A stretch of 64,000 bases of DNA from Chrysomallon squamiferum (taxonomy: Eukaryota; Animalia; Mollusca), in assembly GCA_012295275.1 (NCBI GenBank), contig CM022668.1, positions 4,836,001-4,900,000 of the forward strand. Reading direction: 5' to 3'. Positions 1 to 11,977 of this stretch are shown one piece after another. The translations under genes and the position numbers were made by a program. Position 1 is the stretch's first letter; every line of letters starts with the position of its first letter. The notes under the pieces were generated by a model. It searched no databases, was not told the origin of the DNA, and saw nothing but the letters and a program-made list of their open reading frames with translations.

Positions 1-389
1 GTGAATATATGAAGTATGTATATCTGTGCATTTCTGTGTACACGCACTGTTTATATAAAATACATTTTAAGTAAGTAATTCTCAGAAACATACCAGATGA
101 GAGAGACTGATGACAACAGAGACAGAACAAGAAAGACAAAATAATATATAGAAGAAGAGAGGAAGAAACAACGAGAGAGATAGTTACGGTAGGAATTATT
201 CAATATTTGTTCTATCATTTGAATTAAAACAGGTATAATGTGTAAGGGAGAACTGTTTACGGATAATATTATACGTATGTATGTTTGGATAAGAGTATGT
301 GTTTGTGTGCATGCACTGATCTAAATATATTGACATGCTTTCTGTATTTGTCAAGAAACTAAATTAAGAAAAGATGCTTAATATATTAC

Positions 390-2209
390 CTGGAGGAGCT
401 TCGGAGAGAAACGAGAAAGAAACAAAACAAAATTATTTTAATACATCAGGTACAGAAAAGACGAATATTTTTAATGTATGTATGTCTGTATGTATGTATG
501 TATGTATATTTGTATGTATGTATGTATGTATGTGTGTATGTATGTAGGTATGTAAGAAATGGGATAACACATAGATTAAATAACGCCCCTCCGGTAAAAC
601 GTTCTGACGATTCATAAATAAAAACTGTGAAACATCTAAAAGTTCACAATTGGAAATTGAACATTTCACGTGATATAACTGAAGGGGAAGTTGTACGGAC
701 GTCAAAGGAAACAGAAGCATTATCGAATCAATTAACATGAAATTACCAAGGCAGCACACTTCAGTCTGATTCGCACAGGTGTAAGCATCATCTTCAGAGC
801 CAAGGGTACTTAAACAGTCTGATGATGACGCACACACGGCAGTTACTACCATATGAGCCGAACAGTCTAAAAGGAAAATTAGAAAGGAAAAAAGAAAAGA
901 TTAAAACTGAGTCTCTCTGTTTCTGTCTCTATATCGTTCTCTTTCTTTATCAGTTTCTCTCTCTCTGAAACATTTGAACTAAAACTGGATCAATGTGTAA
1001 CGTAGAAGTATCTATTGATGATGTAAGTAACAGCTTCAGCGAGGTGAATAATAAATAAATGAAATAAAAAGTGTATAAAATAAAAACAGCAATGATAACA
1101 CTTACGCGGAAATGCTTTGTTTGTATAAACGCATGTATGTTTGTATGTATGAAATGAGTGTCTGTTTATATGAATGCACTGATCTAAACATCTGGATCTG
1201 TTTCATGCATTTTTTTTTCTATGGAGAAACTAAATGAAGAAAAGATCTTTGATATCTTACCTGGAAGATTACCTTCAAAGAAAAAAGAAAAAAACAGAAG
1301 ATATATATATTATTTTAATACATGAGGGAGAAGACGAATATTTTTAATGTTTATATATATCTATCTATGTACATATATGTTTACATTCACAACACAGTTT
1401 AAAAGTACAAACAAAAGTGTTCAGGGGTTATTCAAATCTACTTGTAAATTACTTAAATGTACTTTCTCAACATATATGAAGAAAAACAAAACATCTAACA
1501 TTTCACGAGAAACATTCTAAAACAAACCATGTTCGTTGAGGACATTTTAAAACATTTCCGTATTTTTTACTGAATTCATTAGTAGATCCTTGGAGAATAT
1601 GACTTTATCCAGACATATGATTCTGAAAATCGCGATGCGAGTAAGATGTCGTTTTGACTGCAAATTATGATGGGACATGCAGTTATTACACGTTTCATAG
1701 TCGCTAAGTAAAATAGTGCTCCGTCACCATTTTACACTTGACAAAGATGCGGCCATTGTCAAGTATTTTGAAAATTATTTGATCTACCCTTTTAATCTGT
1801 CAAATTTAAAATTTATTCAAAAAAGTGTTTTGTGGTTTGTAATGTACGATTCCAGAAGACTTCTAGTTGAGGTTTCAAAATATCTGTTTTTGCTTTTGAG
1901 CCGAGGATGAGGATTTGCTCTATTGAGAGTATTTAAAAATGATTTTCCCAGTCATGGGCAGGTAGATTAAAATATTCACACGAATGACCTTTTCGTGCTT
2001 AAAATCATATTTATGAAAAACAGTTCTAACTCGTAACATATTTTCTGTTTTGCCGAAACGAGATTAAATGAGAAGAAAGTTTGAAAAAGTTGACATATTT
2101 TACAGTATCCTTTTCAGAAATAAAATAACATACCTTTAGTGAAATATTATAAAAGAAAACTGACACAACTGTCTCCTTCTGGAGATAGTTATGACAGTAT
2201 ATAAATAAT

Positions 2210-2244
<35 letters not shown>

Positions 2245-5200
2245 TGGAAATAGAACGTTATACGTGATGTTGCTGAAGAGAAGTTGTACGGACGTAAAAG
2301 AAGACACAAGCATTATCCAATCAGTTAACATGAACTTACAATAGCAGCACACGTGAGCTGGATCCTCACATCTGTATTCTTCAGTAATATCGAGAGACAG
2401 AGTCATACACTCTGCCCCTATCACACACTGGGAAGATGGGCTTGGATGTTCGACACAGGCTAAAAGGAATACCAGAGAGGAGAAAAAGAAAAATCGTTAA
2501 AGTAGAAAGATTCTCTCTCTCTCTCAGTTTTTGTCTATATATCATTTTCTTTCTTTATCACTCTCTCTGAATGATTTGAACTGAAACGGATATAATGTGA
2601 AGCGGTCAAAAGCTTATGAGTGATGTAAGTAACAGCGTCAGTCAGACGAGCAATAAATCAATGAAATTATAAAAAACAATAACACTTACCTGGAGACGAT
2701 TTGATCGAAAAAAGTATGTATTTTTTGAATGTACGTACGTATGTATGTATGTTGCTATGGATAAGACAATGTCTTTATGTTCATGCACTGATCTAAATAT
2801 ATAGGCATGTTTAATGTATTCTTTATGAAGAAATTAAATTAAGAAAATATGATTGATATCTTACCTGGAAGAGGAACTTCAAAAAAAAAAGAAATATATA
2901 TTTATATTATTTCAATATATTAGGGAGAAGATGAATATTTTCAATGTGTGTCTGTATGTATGTATACATTTTAAAACTATAAATAAAAGCGTTCAGCAGT
3001 TTATTCAAATCCGCTTCTAGATTAGTACAATATATAACTGAACCTATTTAGAATTATTTAGTAGTAATCCTTTCTCAACAGATATGAAGAAAAACAAAAC
3101 ATCTAACATTTCACGAAAAACATTCTTAAACAAAACATATCCTTTGAAAACATTTTAAAACATGTCTGCATCTTTTACTCATTTCATTCGTAAATCCTTC
3201 CAGAGACAGAAAATCACGATGCCAGAATAATGTCATTTTGACTGCAACCTAGGATGGCACATGGAGTTATTAAACGTTTCATAGTCTGCAAGCACACACA
3301 TGACAAAGATGCCAAAATAAATATCTGATATATGAAACTCGATTTTTGATGCGTTTCTCATTTAAATTCAAAGATGTTACCTTTATAATCAATTTAAACC
3401 TTTATAAACAATATAATCCTTTCAGATGGTCTTTCTCCATCTGGGTATTCTTCAAATGCTCTCTAAAGAGAATATATGGCCGCATCGATGTTTATATTTG
3501 TGATTATCGAATCTGAATGAAGCGTAACTAAAAGTGAGTTTTGTAGAAATAGAGCGTTATACGTGATGTTGCTGAAGAGAAGTTGTACGGACGTAAAAGA
3601 AGACACAAGCATTATCCAATCAGTTAACATGAACTTACTATAGCAGCACACGTGAGCTGCATCCGCACATCTGAAATCTTCAGTAGTAAGGGCAGACATA
3701 AGTGTACAAGCTTCTCCTGTCATACATTGGGAAGATGGGTTTTCATGATCGACACAGTCTAAAAGGAATATCAGAGAGGATAAAAAGAAAAATCGTTAAA
3801 GTAGAAAGATATGGTCTCTCTCAATAATCAATAATAAGACTTACTTGGAGACGCTTTGAGCGAAAGATAGAAACATATATGTATGTATGTAAGAAATGAG
3901 TATCTGTTTATATAAATGCACTGATCTTAATATCTGGATGTGTTTCATGCAATATTTTTCTATGGAGAAACTAAATTAAGAAAAGATCTTTGATATCTTA
4001 CCTGGAAGAGGAGCTTCAAAGGAAAAAAAGAAGAATATATATTTTAAAACTACAAACAAAAGCGTACAGTGGTTTATTCAAATCCACTTCTAGATTAATA
4101 CAATAGATAGCTGAGCCTACTCAAAATTATTTAGAAGGTATCCTTTCTCAAAATACACAAAGAAATACAAAGCATCCAACATTTCATGAAAAACAAAACT
4201 TATCCTTTGAAAACATTATAAAACATTTTTAAATCTTTACTGAAAACGGTCGTAAATCGTTCCAGAACAGTTACGATGCTAAATAATCAAAATAAATATC
4301 TGACATATCCAAGTGGATTTTTGCTTGCTTCGTTTGAAACCGATACAAACACAACAAATTTCGGCTGAAACATTTACCCGTAAACCTGTTGATTCATTTC
4401 TCATTCAAATTCAAAAATGTTACGTTTTTCCTTAATTCAAATTATTCTATAATACTTTCAGATGGTTTCTCTGTATCTGGGTTTTCTTCAAATGTTCTTT
4501 AAAGAGAATATATGGCAGCATCGACGTTTATATTAGTAAATATGGAATCCGCATGAAGCGTAACTAAAAGGGACTTTTGAGGTTCTGTTGTTTAAGATAT
4601 ATTAAATAAAACAGCATCTGTATTTTCAACAAAACTATCGTGTCTGTTTCCAAATGTATTGAAAAATGTGTATATGTACGAGTTATGTATGTTAATGAAC
4701 GTGTGTTTGTGTCAATGTATTAGATGGTAATATGCGTTATGTATCAAATATATCTGGATGTATTGCATGTATTTCTTTATAGAGAAAACAAATTGTCAAA
4801 AATAATGTTTGATATCTTACTTGCTGGTGCAGCTTCAGAGAGAAATAAAGAAAAAATACAAAAAGTAATCATATTAATACATCAGTTAGAAAAAAAGAAG
4901 AATATTATTAATGTACAGACAGAGAAAGAGACGTAAATGAAACATGGACAGGTAAATACAGAATGAGAGAGATGATGAAAGACAGAGAGAAAGAGATTTA
5001 TATATAGGTAGAGAGACAGATAGATAAACAGACAGATAGAGACAGAGATATATACAGAGACAGTTGTAATTTATTCTTACGCAGTGCTTCGCAGTCGTCC
5101 AACTGTTTTTTCAGACAGTCAATTTTCACCAGCATCTTTTGAGTTCTGAAAGACAAAAACAGTTTTTTAACTGATAAATATTTTATATTACACGTGTCAG

Positions 5201-5493
5201 TTATTGCTTTTCAGGAAAGAAAACTTCTCATACAATTTACATTATTTTACTTTAGGAAAAGCTTAGTTTAGAAACAACTCTTAAAGTGTGTCTGTTTTAT
5301 TTCGTTTGGTTTTATTTATTTACTGTTTTTTTTCTTTATTTACGTATTTATTTATTAATTTTTTTTCTTTTTTCTTTTAGAAACTTTTTTTTTTTGTATT
5401 TTTATATTTATTTGTTTATTTGTTTCTTTGTTTCTTTATTATCATTATAATAATTTCGGATGTTAGTATAATTATTCTTGTTTTCTTTGTTCT

Positions 5494-5537
<44 letters not shown>

Positions 5538-5715
5538 TTCTTCTTCTTCTTCTTCTTCTTCTTCTTATTATTATTATAAACACAAAATAAGTTACTTACT
5601 TCTGACTACAGCTTTCATCCGATTCCTCATGTCCCCACCCCCAGTGTTCAAGGTGTGACTCTGCTACAGTCAGACATGTTACAACCAACACGCAAATAAT
5701 CAGAGAAGATTTCAT
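390..5715 (-). CDS. Subfamily-A micro-exon gene A1: secreted coiled-coil/stalk protein with at least 3 six-Cys domains; 3' end lies beyond the window start
   Basis: Exons (minus strand, GT-AG): 5715-5600 (MKSSLIICVLVVTCLTVAESHLEHWGWGHEESDESCSQ); 5145-5081 ([22 protein letters not shown]); micro 4832-4821, 4013-4002, 3853-3845; Cys exon 3758-3639 (CVDHENPSSQCMTGEACTLMSALTTEDFRCADAAHVCCY); micro 2876-2865; Cys exon 2459-2340 (CVEHPSPSSQCVIGAECMTLSLDITEEYRCEDPAHVCCY); micro 1272-1261, 1114-1106; Cys exon 866-747 (CSAHMVVTAVCASSSDCLSTLGSEDDAYTCANQTEVCCL); micro 398-390. Frame is continuous and all exons after exon 2 are phase 1-1. Confidence 0.85.
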
Positions 5716-5832
5716 TTTCACTTTTTTCTGCTTCTTGTACTCAGGACTTTGTTGAACTGTGTGAGCTCTGGAAATGCGAGACGTACTGATATTTGTTTCT
5801 TTTGTCAACGTGTACAATGGAAAATTACACTT

Positions 5833-6110
5833 TTAATTAACTGTTCTGTTCTCAATAGCTGCATCTATGATTTTCTAATTTCATTGAAATATGATAAGAC
5901 AATAATTATTAATTGTTCTCAGTTTATATTCAGCCACCCATCACTTTTCTCTTGATTGTCTTGTGTTCACCTTCACTCTTAATTAACTGTCCTGTTCTGT
6001 TTAATGACTGCATCTGTGATTTTCTAATTTCATTGAAATATGATAAGACAATAATTATGAATTGTTCTCAGTTTATATTCAGCTACCCACCGGTTTTGTC
6101 TTGATTGTCT
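5833..6110 (-). promoter_or_regulatory. Tandemly duplicated ~149-bp putative core-promoter unit upstream of subfamily-A exon 1
   Basis: Two units, each with minus-strand TATAAA (5928-5923 and 6077-6072) and a GATAAG motif about 30 nt downstream. The same 1-3-unit block precedes the other A-type exon 1 copies (~15.73-16.0k, 21.96-22.23k, 44.2-44.3k, 46.9-47.15k). Confidence 0.5.
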
Positions 6111-6526
6111 TTGCTGGATATAACAGAGTAAACAACTGAAGAAAATCGATCGCAAAGTAACACGCTTCAAATATTTCTACTAATCATTCATTTATTTATT
6201 TGTTTATTTTAATTTTTTTAATTTTAATAATTTTCTTTCATTATTATTTTTTATTTTCATCGTTGTTGTTGTTGTTCTGGTTCTTTTTGTTATTCTGATG
6301 TGGTTTGTTTGTGATTACGTTGAGGATCAAACAGTTAATGACATATCATTTTTGAAATACAGAGATACATAGGTACTGAATAATCCTCACAAGTTAAATA
6401 AAAATTAACAATAAAAACAGAGAGTAATCAATATTTTCATCCGGACTAGCTATGCTAAAAGTGTTTTTCTTCCTTCGACATAGAAAGTAAAAATATATAT
6501 ATGTATAAGAATGTATGTATGTATGC

Positions 6527-6618
<92 letters not shown>

Positions 6619-6701
6619 GTATTCATATGAAAGTATGTATGTATGTGTGTATGTATATATGTATGTATGTATGTATGTGTGTATGTATGTATGTATGTAT
6701 G

Positions 6702-6734
<33 letters not shown>

Positions 6735-6754
6735 CTGTATGTATATATGTATGT

Positions 6755-6820
6755 ATGGCGTGACTCTGCTAGAGTTAAACATGTGAGAACCAACAAACAA
6801 TTGATCGAGAAAGTTTTCAT
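6755..6820 (-). pseudogene. Truncated A-type exon 1 ([22 protein letters not shown]) running into a (TACA)n/(TA)n microsatellite
   Basis: Homology to the A signal peptide ends at the cleavage site. No donor or downstream exons; A-type promoter units lie upstream (6930-7330). Confidence 0.7.
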
Positions 6821-7395
6821 TTTCAAAAATTTTGCCGTCTTTTAGTTAGGACTTTGATGAGATGTGTGAATACTGGAAATGTGCAACGTGTAACTTTTAA
6901 TTTTGTGTACGTGTACAGTGGAAAATTCCAGTTTTAATACATATTTTCTATTTCATTTCGCTCTAGAACTGCATGTGGTAATTTTCTAATTTCAATGAAA
7001 GCTGTTAAGACAATAATTATTAATTTGTCTCAGTTTATATTCAGCTACCCACCGGTTTTAGTGTTGATTGTCTTGTGTTCCCCTTCACTCTTAATTAACT
7101 GTCCTGTTCTGTTTAATGGCTGCATCTGTGATTTTCTAATTTTATTGAAATCTGTTACAGACAACAACTATTAATTCTTCTCCATGTTTTCTGTTTCATT
7201 TAGCTCTAGAACTGCACGTGGTGATTTTGTAATTTCAATGAAAGCTGTTAATATAGTAACTATTAACTGTTCTCTGTTTATGTTCAGCCACCCATCGTTT
7301 TTCATTTGATTATCTTCTTCAGGACAGAGCAAACAACTGAAGAAAATCGATTGTAAATCCATCCGCTTCCAAATAGTGTATTCATCATTTGTTTC

Positions 7396-7523
<128 letters not shown>

Positions 7524-8259
7524 AGAGCTTGTTTCTTTTTCAATGGAAAATTACACTTTTAATTAGCTTTTCTTTTCTGCTCAATAGCTGCATCTGCATT
7601 TCACTGAAATCTGATAAGACAATAACTATTAGTTGTTCTCAGTTTATATTCAGCCACCCACCGGTTTTAGTCTTGATGGTCTTTGCGGGATATAACAGAG
7701 TAAACAACTGAAGAAAATCGATCTTACAGTGACACGCTTCAAATATTTCTACTAATCATTCATTAATATTTCTTCTGTTTAAGATTTTTTTTTTTAATTT
7801 TAATAATTTTCTTTCATTATTGTTTTATTTTCTTCGTTATTATTTTTGTTGTTGTTGTAGTTCTGGTTATTGTTGTTATTGTGATGTGGTTTGTTTGTGA
7901 ATACGTTGAGGATCAAACAGTTAATGACATTATAATTTATAAAATTTAGAGATACATTGGCACTGAATAATCCTCACAAGTTAAATAAAAATAAAAAATA
8001 AAAACAGAAAGTACGGAGAAAATAATTAATATTTTCATCCTAATAGCTAAGCTAAAAGTGTTTTTCATTCTTCGACATAGAAAGTAAAAATATATATGTA
8101 CGTATGTATGTCTGTATATATATATATGTGTGTGTCTGTTTTTATATATATGTATACGTATGTATATACGTATGTATGTATGTATGTATGTATGTATGTG
8201 TGTGTGTGTATGTATGTGTATATGTATACATATATACATATGTATGTATGTATGTATGT

Positions 8260-8324
8260 ATGGCGTGACTCTGCTAGAGTTAAACATGTGAGAACCAACA
8301 AACAAATGATCTAAAAAAAATCAT
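8260..8324 (-). pseudogene. Second truncated, frameshifted A-type exon 1; part of a direct duplication of ~6105-7395 at ~7675-8897
   Basis: ...[12 protein letters not shown] followed by (TACA)n, out of frame with the ATG at 8324. Flanks are near-identical to the 6.1-7.4 kb copy. Confidence 0.7.
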
Positions 8325-8923
8325 TTTCAAAAGTTTTGCCGTCTTTTAGTCAGGAATAAGATGAGATGTGTGAATACTGGAAATGTGCAACGTGTAACTT
8401 TTTATTTTGTGTACGTGTACAGTGGAAAATTCCAGTTTTAATACATATTTTCTATTTCATTTCGCTCTAGAACTGCATGTGGTAATTTTGTAATTTCAAT
8501 GAAAGCTGTTAAGACAATAAATATTAATTGTTCTCAGTTTATATTCAGCCACCCACCGGTTTTAGTCTTGATTGTCTTGTGTTCACCTTCACTCTTAATT
8601 AACTGTCCTGTTCTGTTTAATGACTGCATCTGTGATTTTCTAATTTCATTAAAATCTGTTACAGACAACAACTGTTAATTGTTCTCTGTGTTTTCTGTTT
8701 CATTTAGCAATAGAACTGCATGTGGTGATTTTGTAATTTCAATGAAAGCTGTTAAGACAATAATTATTAACTGTTCTCTGTTTATGTTCAGCCACCCATC
8801 GTTTTTCATTTGATTATCGTGTTCAGGACAGAGTAAACAACTGAAGAAAATCCATTGTAAATCCACTCGCTTCCAAATAGTGTATTCATCATTTGTTTTA
8901 AGAGAGAGAGAGAGATACTGAGA

Positions 8924-9044
<121 letters not shown>

Positions 9045-9322
9045 GTTATTATGGTATTTCTTCTTCTTCCTCCTCTTCTCCTTCTTCATCTTCTTCTTCT
9101 TCTTCTTTTTCTTCTTCTTATTGTTGTTGTTATTGTTATTATTATTATTATTATTATTGTTGTTGTTGTTGTTATTATTATTATTAGTAGTATGTTTTTG
9201 TTTATTAAGATACTTTTTCCACTTTAATCAGTGGGAATGTAAAAGCCTGTAACATTTCAGTTTAATGATCATACAAATTTATTAAGAGTTAATTCTCAAG
9301 AAATTGGGCTTATAAAAATGGA

Positions 9323-9432
<110 letters not shown>

Positions 9433-9564
9433 ATCTTTCTCTTTCTTTATCACTCTTTCTGAACCATTTCGGTCAAAACTGGTATAAGTAAGAACTTCAG
9501 CCACGTGAGAAATAAATAAATGAAATTATAAAAAATAATAACAAAGAGGAATAATAACATTTAC

Positions 9565-10275
9565 GTGAAGACTCTTTGAACGAAAGCATTATATTTGTTT
9601 GTATGTACGCATCTATGTGTATGTGGATAAGAGTATGTGTTTGTGTGCTTGCATTTGTCTGGACATGTTTGATAACTTACCTGGAGAAGGAGCTTCACAG
9701 AGAAACAATAAAAGAAACAAAAACATATTACTTTAAGACATCAGGTAACGATTTCTTTTTACTTATGTATGTACGTATGTATGTATATGTATGTGTGTAT
9801 GTATTGTGTATGTATGTATGTTTGTATGTGTGTATGTATGTATGTATGTATGTATGCATGTATGTATGTATGTATGTATGCATGCATACTGCATATATGT
9901 ATGTATGTATATATGTAAGTGTGTATGTATGTATGTATGCATGCATGCATGTATGTATGTATGTATGTATGCATGCATGTATGTATGTATGTATGTATGT
10001 ATGCATGCATGCATGTATGTATGGATGTATGTATGTATGTATATACATTTATTTAAAAACTATCAACAAAAGTTTCAGATGTGTATTCAAATCCACTTCG
10101 GGAACTATACATCCGTAAATCTACTTACAATTATTTAAAAGGCATCCTTTGTCAATATATATGTCTATATGTTTGTGTCGATCTCATAATCTAAACATCT
10201 GGATATATTTCACATATTTGTCTATGTTGAAAACAAATTAAGGAATAACGTTTGGTATCTTCCTTGCTGGTGCAG
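9565..10275 (-). pseudogene. Orphan A-type micro-exon run with no exon 1/2 or Cys exon
   Basis: Degenerate CTGCACCAGCAA copy at ~10264-10275 (splice sites mutated); intact-looking ag|CTCCTTCTCCAG|gtaag at 9692-9681 and ag|AGTCTTCAC|gtaa at 9573-9565. Intron sequence is homologous to A1/A2. Confidence 0.6.
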
Positions 10276-10867
10276 CATCACAGAGAAATAAAGATAAATT
10301 ACAAAATTAATCAGTTTAATACATCGCATAGAAAAAATAAGAATATTCTTAATGTACATGCGTAAGTATGCATGTATGTGTGTGTGTGTGTTTGTGTGTT
10401 TGTGTGTGTGTGATTTGTGTGTAATAGAGATGTGTTATATCTAGTGTCTTTTCTGTGTGTGTGTGTGAGCGTTTGGTGTTTGTGTATGTTTCTATGAAAC
10501 ATTATTATTATCAGTGGTTAATGTAGACATTGTGTTTATTTGTTAGTGTATAACTGAAAGTACAAGATCCTTCGAACCAGTATTATAAGCCAATGTTTTA
10601 AGTATCCTCGTATTGGGTGATCTGACTTTGAATTAACCAGAATGTACTATTCAAATCAAGCTGATTTAATATCCTGTAATACTAATAATAATATAAAAAT
10701 AGAAATTATATAAAACATAAAAATAATAGTCAGTAATATAAATAATTACTGCTAATGTTGTTTCGTTGTTGTTACAACTACTTCTACTACTATTAACATT
10801 AGTTAATACAATAATAAATAAATAAATAAGGATAAAGAGTAATAATGCTTTCATGTTTTATTTCTTA

Positions 10868-11931
10868 TTAATATGACTGTATATTCTTCTTCGAGCTTTT
10901 CTCCAGATTTCTCTTTCTAGATCCTGACATTCCTGCAATGAGACAACAAAATAAAAAAGGAAACGTAACTTGATGTTTGTTATTAAAGTAAATTACTTTT
11001 CTCATGTTCCTCTTCAGTTTAAAAAGAACGAGAAGCAAGCTTGAAACAGTTGACACAATTTACAGAAACAAAATAACATAAATATTTTATCAAAGTGAAA
11101 TGGGATAACAGATAGATTAAATAACGCCCCTCCGGTAAAACGTTCTGACGATTCATAAATAAAAACTGTAAAACGTTTAAAAGTTCACAGTTGGAAACTG
11201 AACGTTTCACGTGATACAGCTGAAGGGGAAGTTGTACGGACGTCAAAGGAAACACCAGCATTATCAAATCAATTAACATGAAGTTACCATAGCAGCACAC
11301 TTCAGCTGCATTCACACAAGCGTGAGTAGGAGCTTCAGAGCCAAGGGCATCCGAACAGGCTGATTGTGTCACACACGCGGCAGCTGGGTCTGAATGAATC
11401 GAACAGTCTAGAAGGAAAATTAGAAAGGAAAAAAGAAAAGATTAAAACTGAGTCTCTCTGTTTCTGTCTGTATATCGTTCTCTTTCTTTATCAATCTCTC
11501 TCTCTGAAACATTTGAATTAAAACTGGAACAATGTGTAACATAGAAATATCTCTTGGATGATGTAAGTAACAGCTTCAACGAGGTGAATAATATATCAAT
11601 GAAATCAAAAATATATCAAATAAAAAATAACAACAAACAGCAATAATAACACACGCGGAAATGCTTTGTTTGTATATACGCATGTATGTATGTATGTATG
11701 TATGTATGTATGTATGTATGTATGTATGTATGTATGTATGTATGTATGTATGTATGTATGTATGTATGAAATGAGTATCTGTTTATATGAATGGACTGAT
11801 CTAAATATCTGGATGTGTTTCATGCATTTTTTTCTATGGAGAAACTAAATTAAGAAAAGATCTTTGATATCTTACCTGGAAGAGGAGCTTCAAATGAAAA
11901 AAAAAAAAAATAAATAAAATATATATATATA

Positions 11932-11977
<46 letters not shown>

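Noticed and set aside
433-746. ORF continuations past the Cys exons (e.g. GNFMLIDSIML…)
   Set aside because: Read-through into introns after conserved donors; lengths and frames are not conserved among copies.
2690-2698. 9-nt micro-exon CGTCTCCAG in A1
   Set aside because: The acceptor is mutated AG>AT; it can be skipped without a frame change and was left out of the model.
5716-5817. N-terminal extension MYTLTKETN… of the exon-1 ORFs
   Set aside because: Begins at a non-ATG codon in the ORF track. The conserved signal peptide starts at the downstream AAAATG, so this is 5'UTR.
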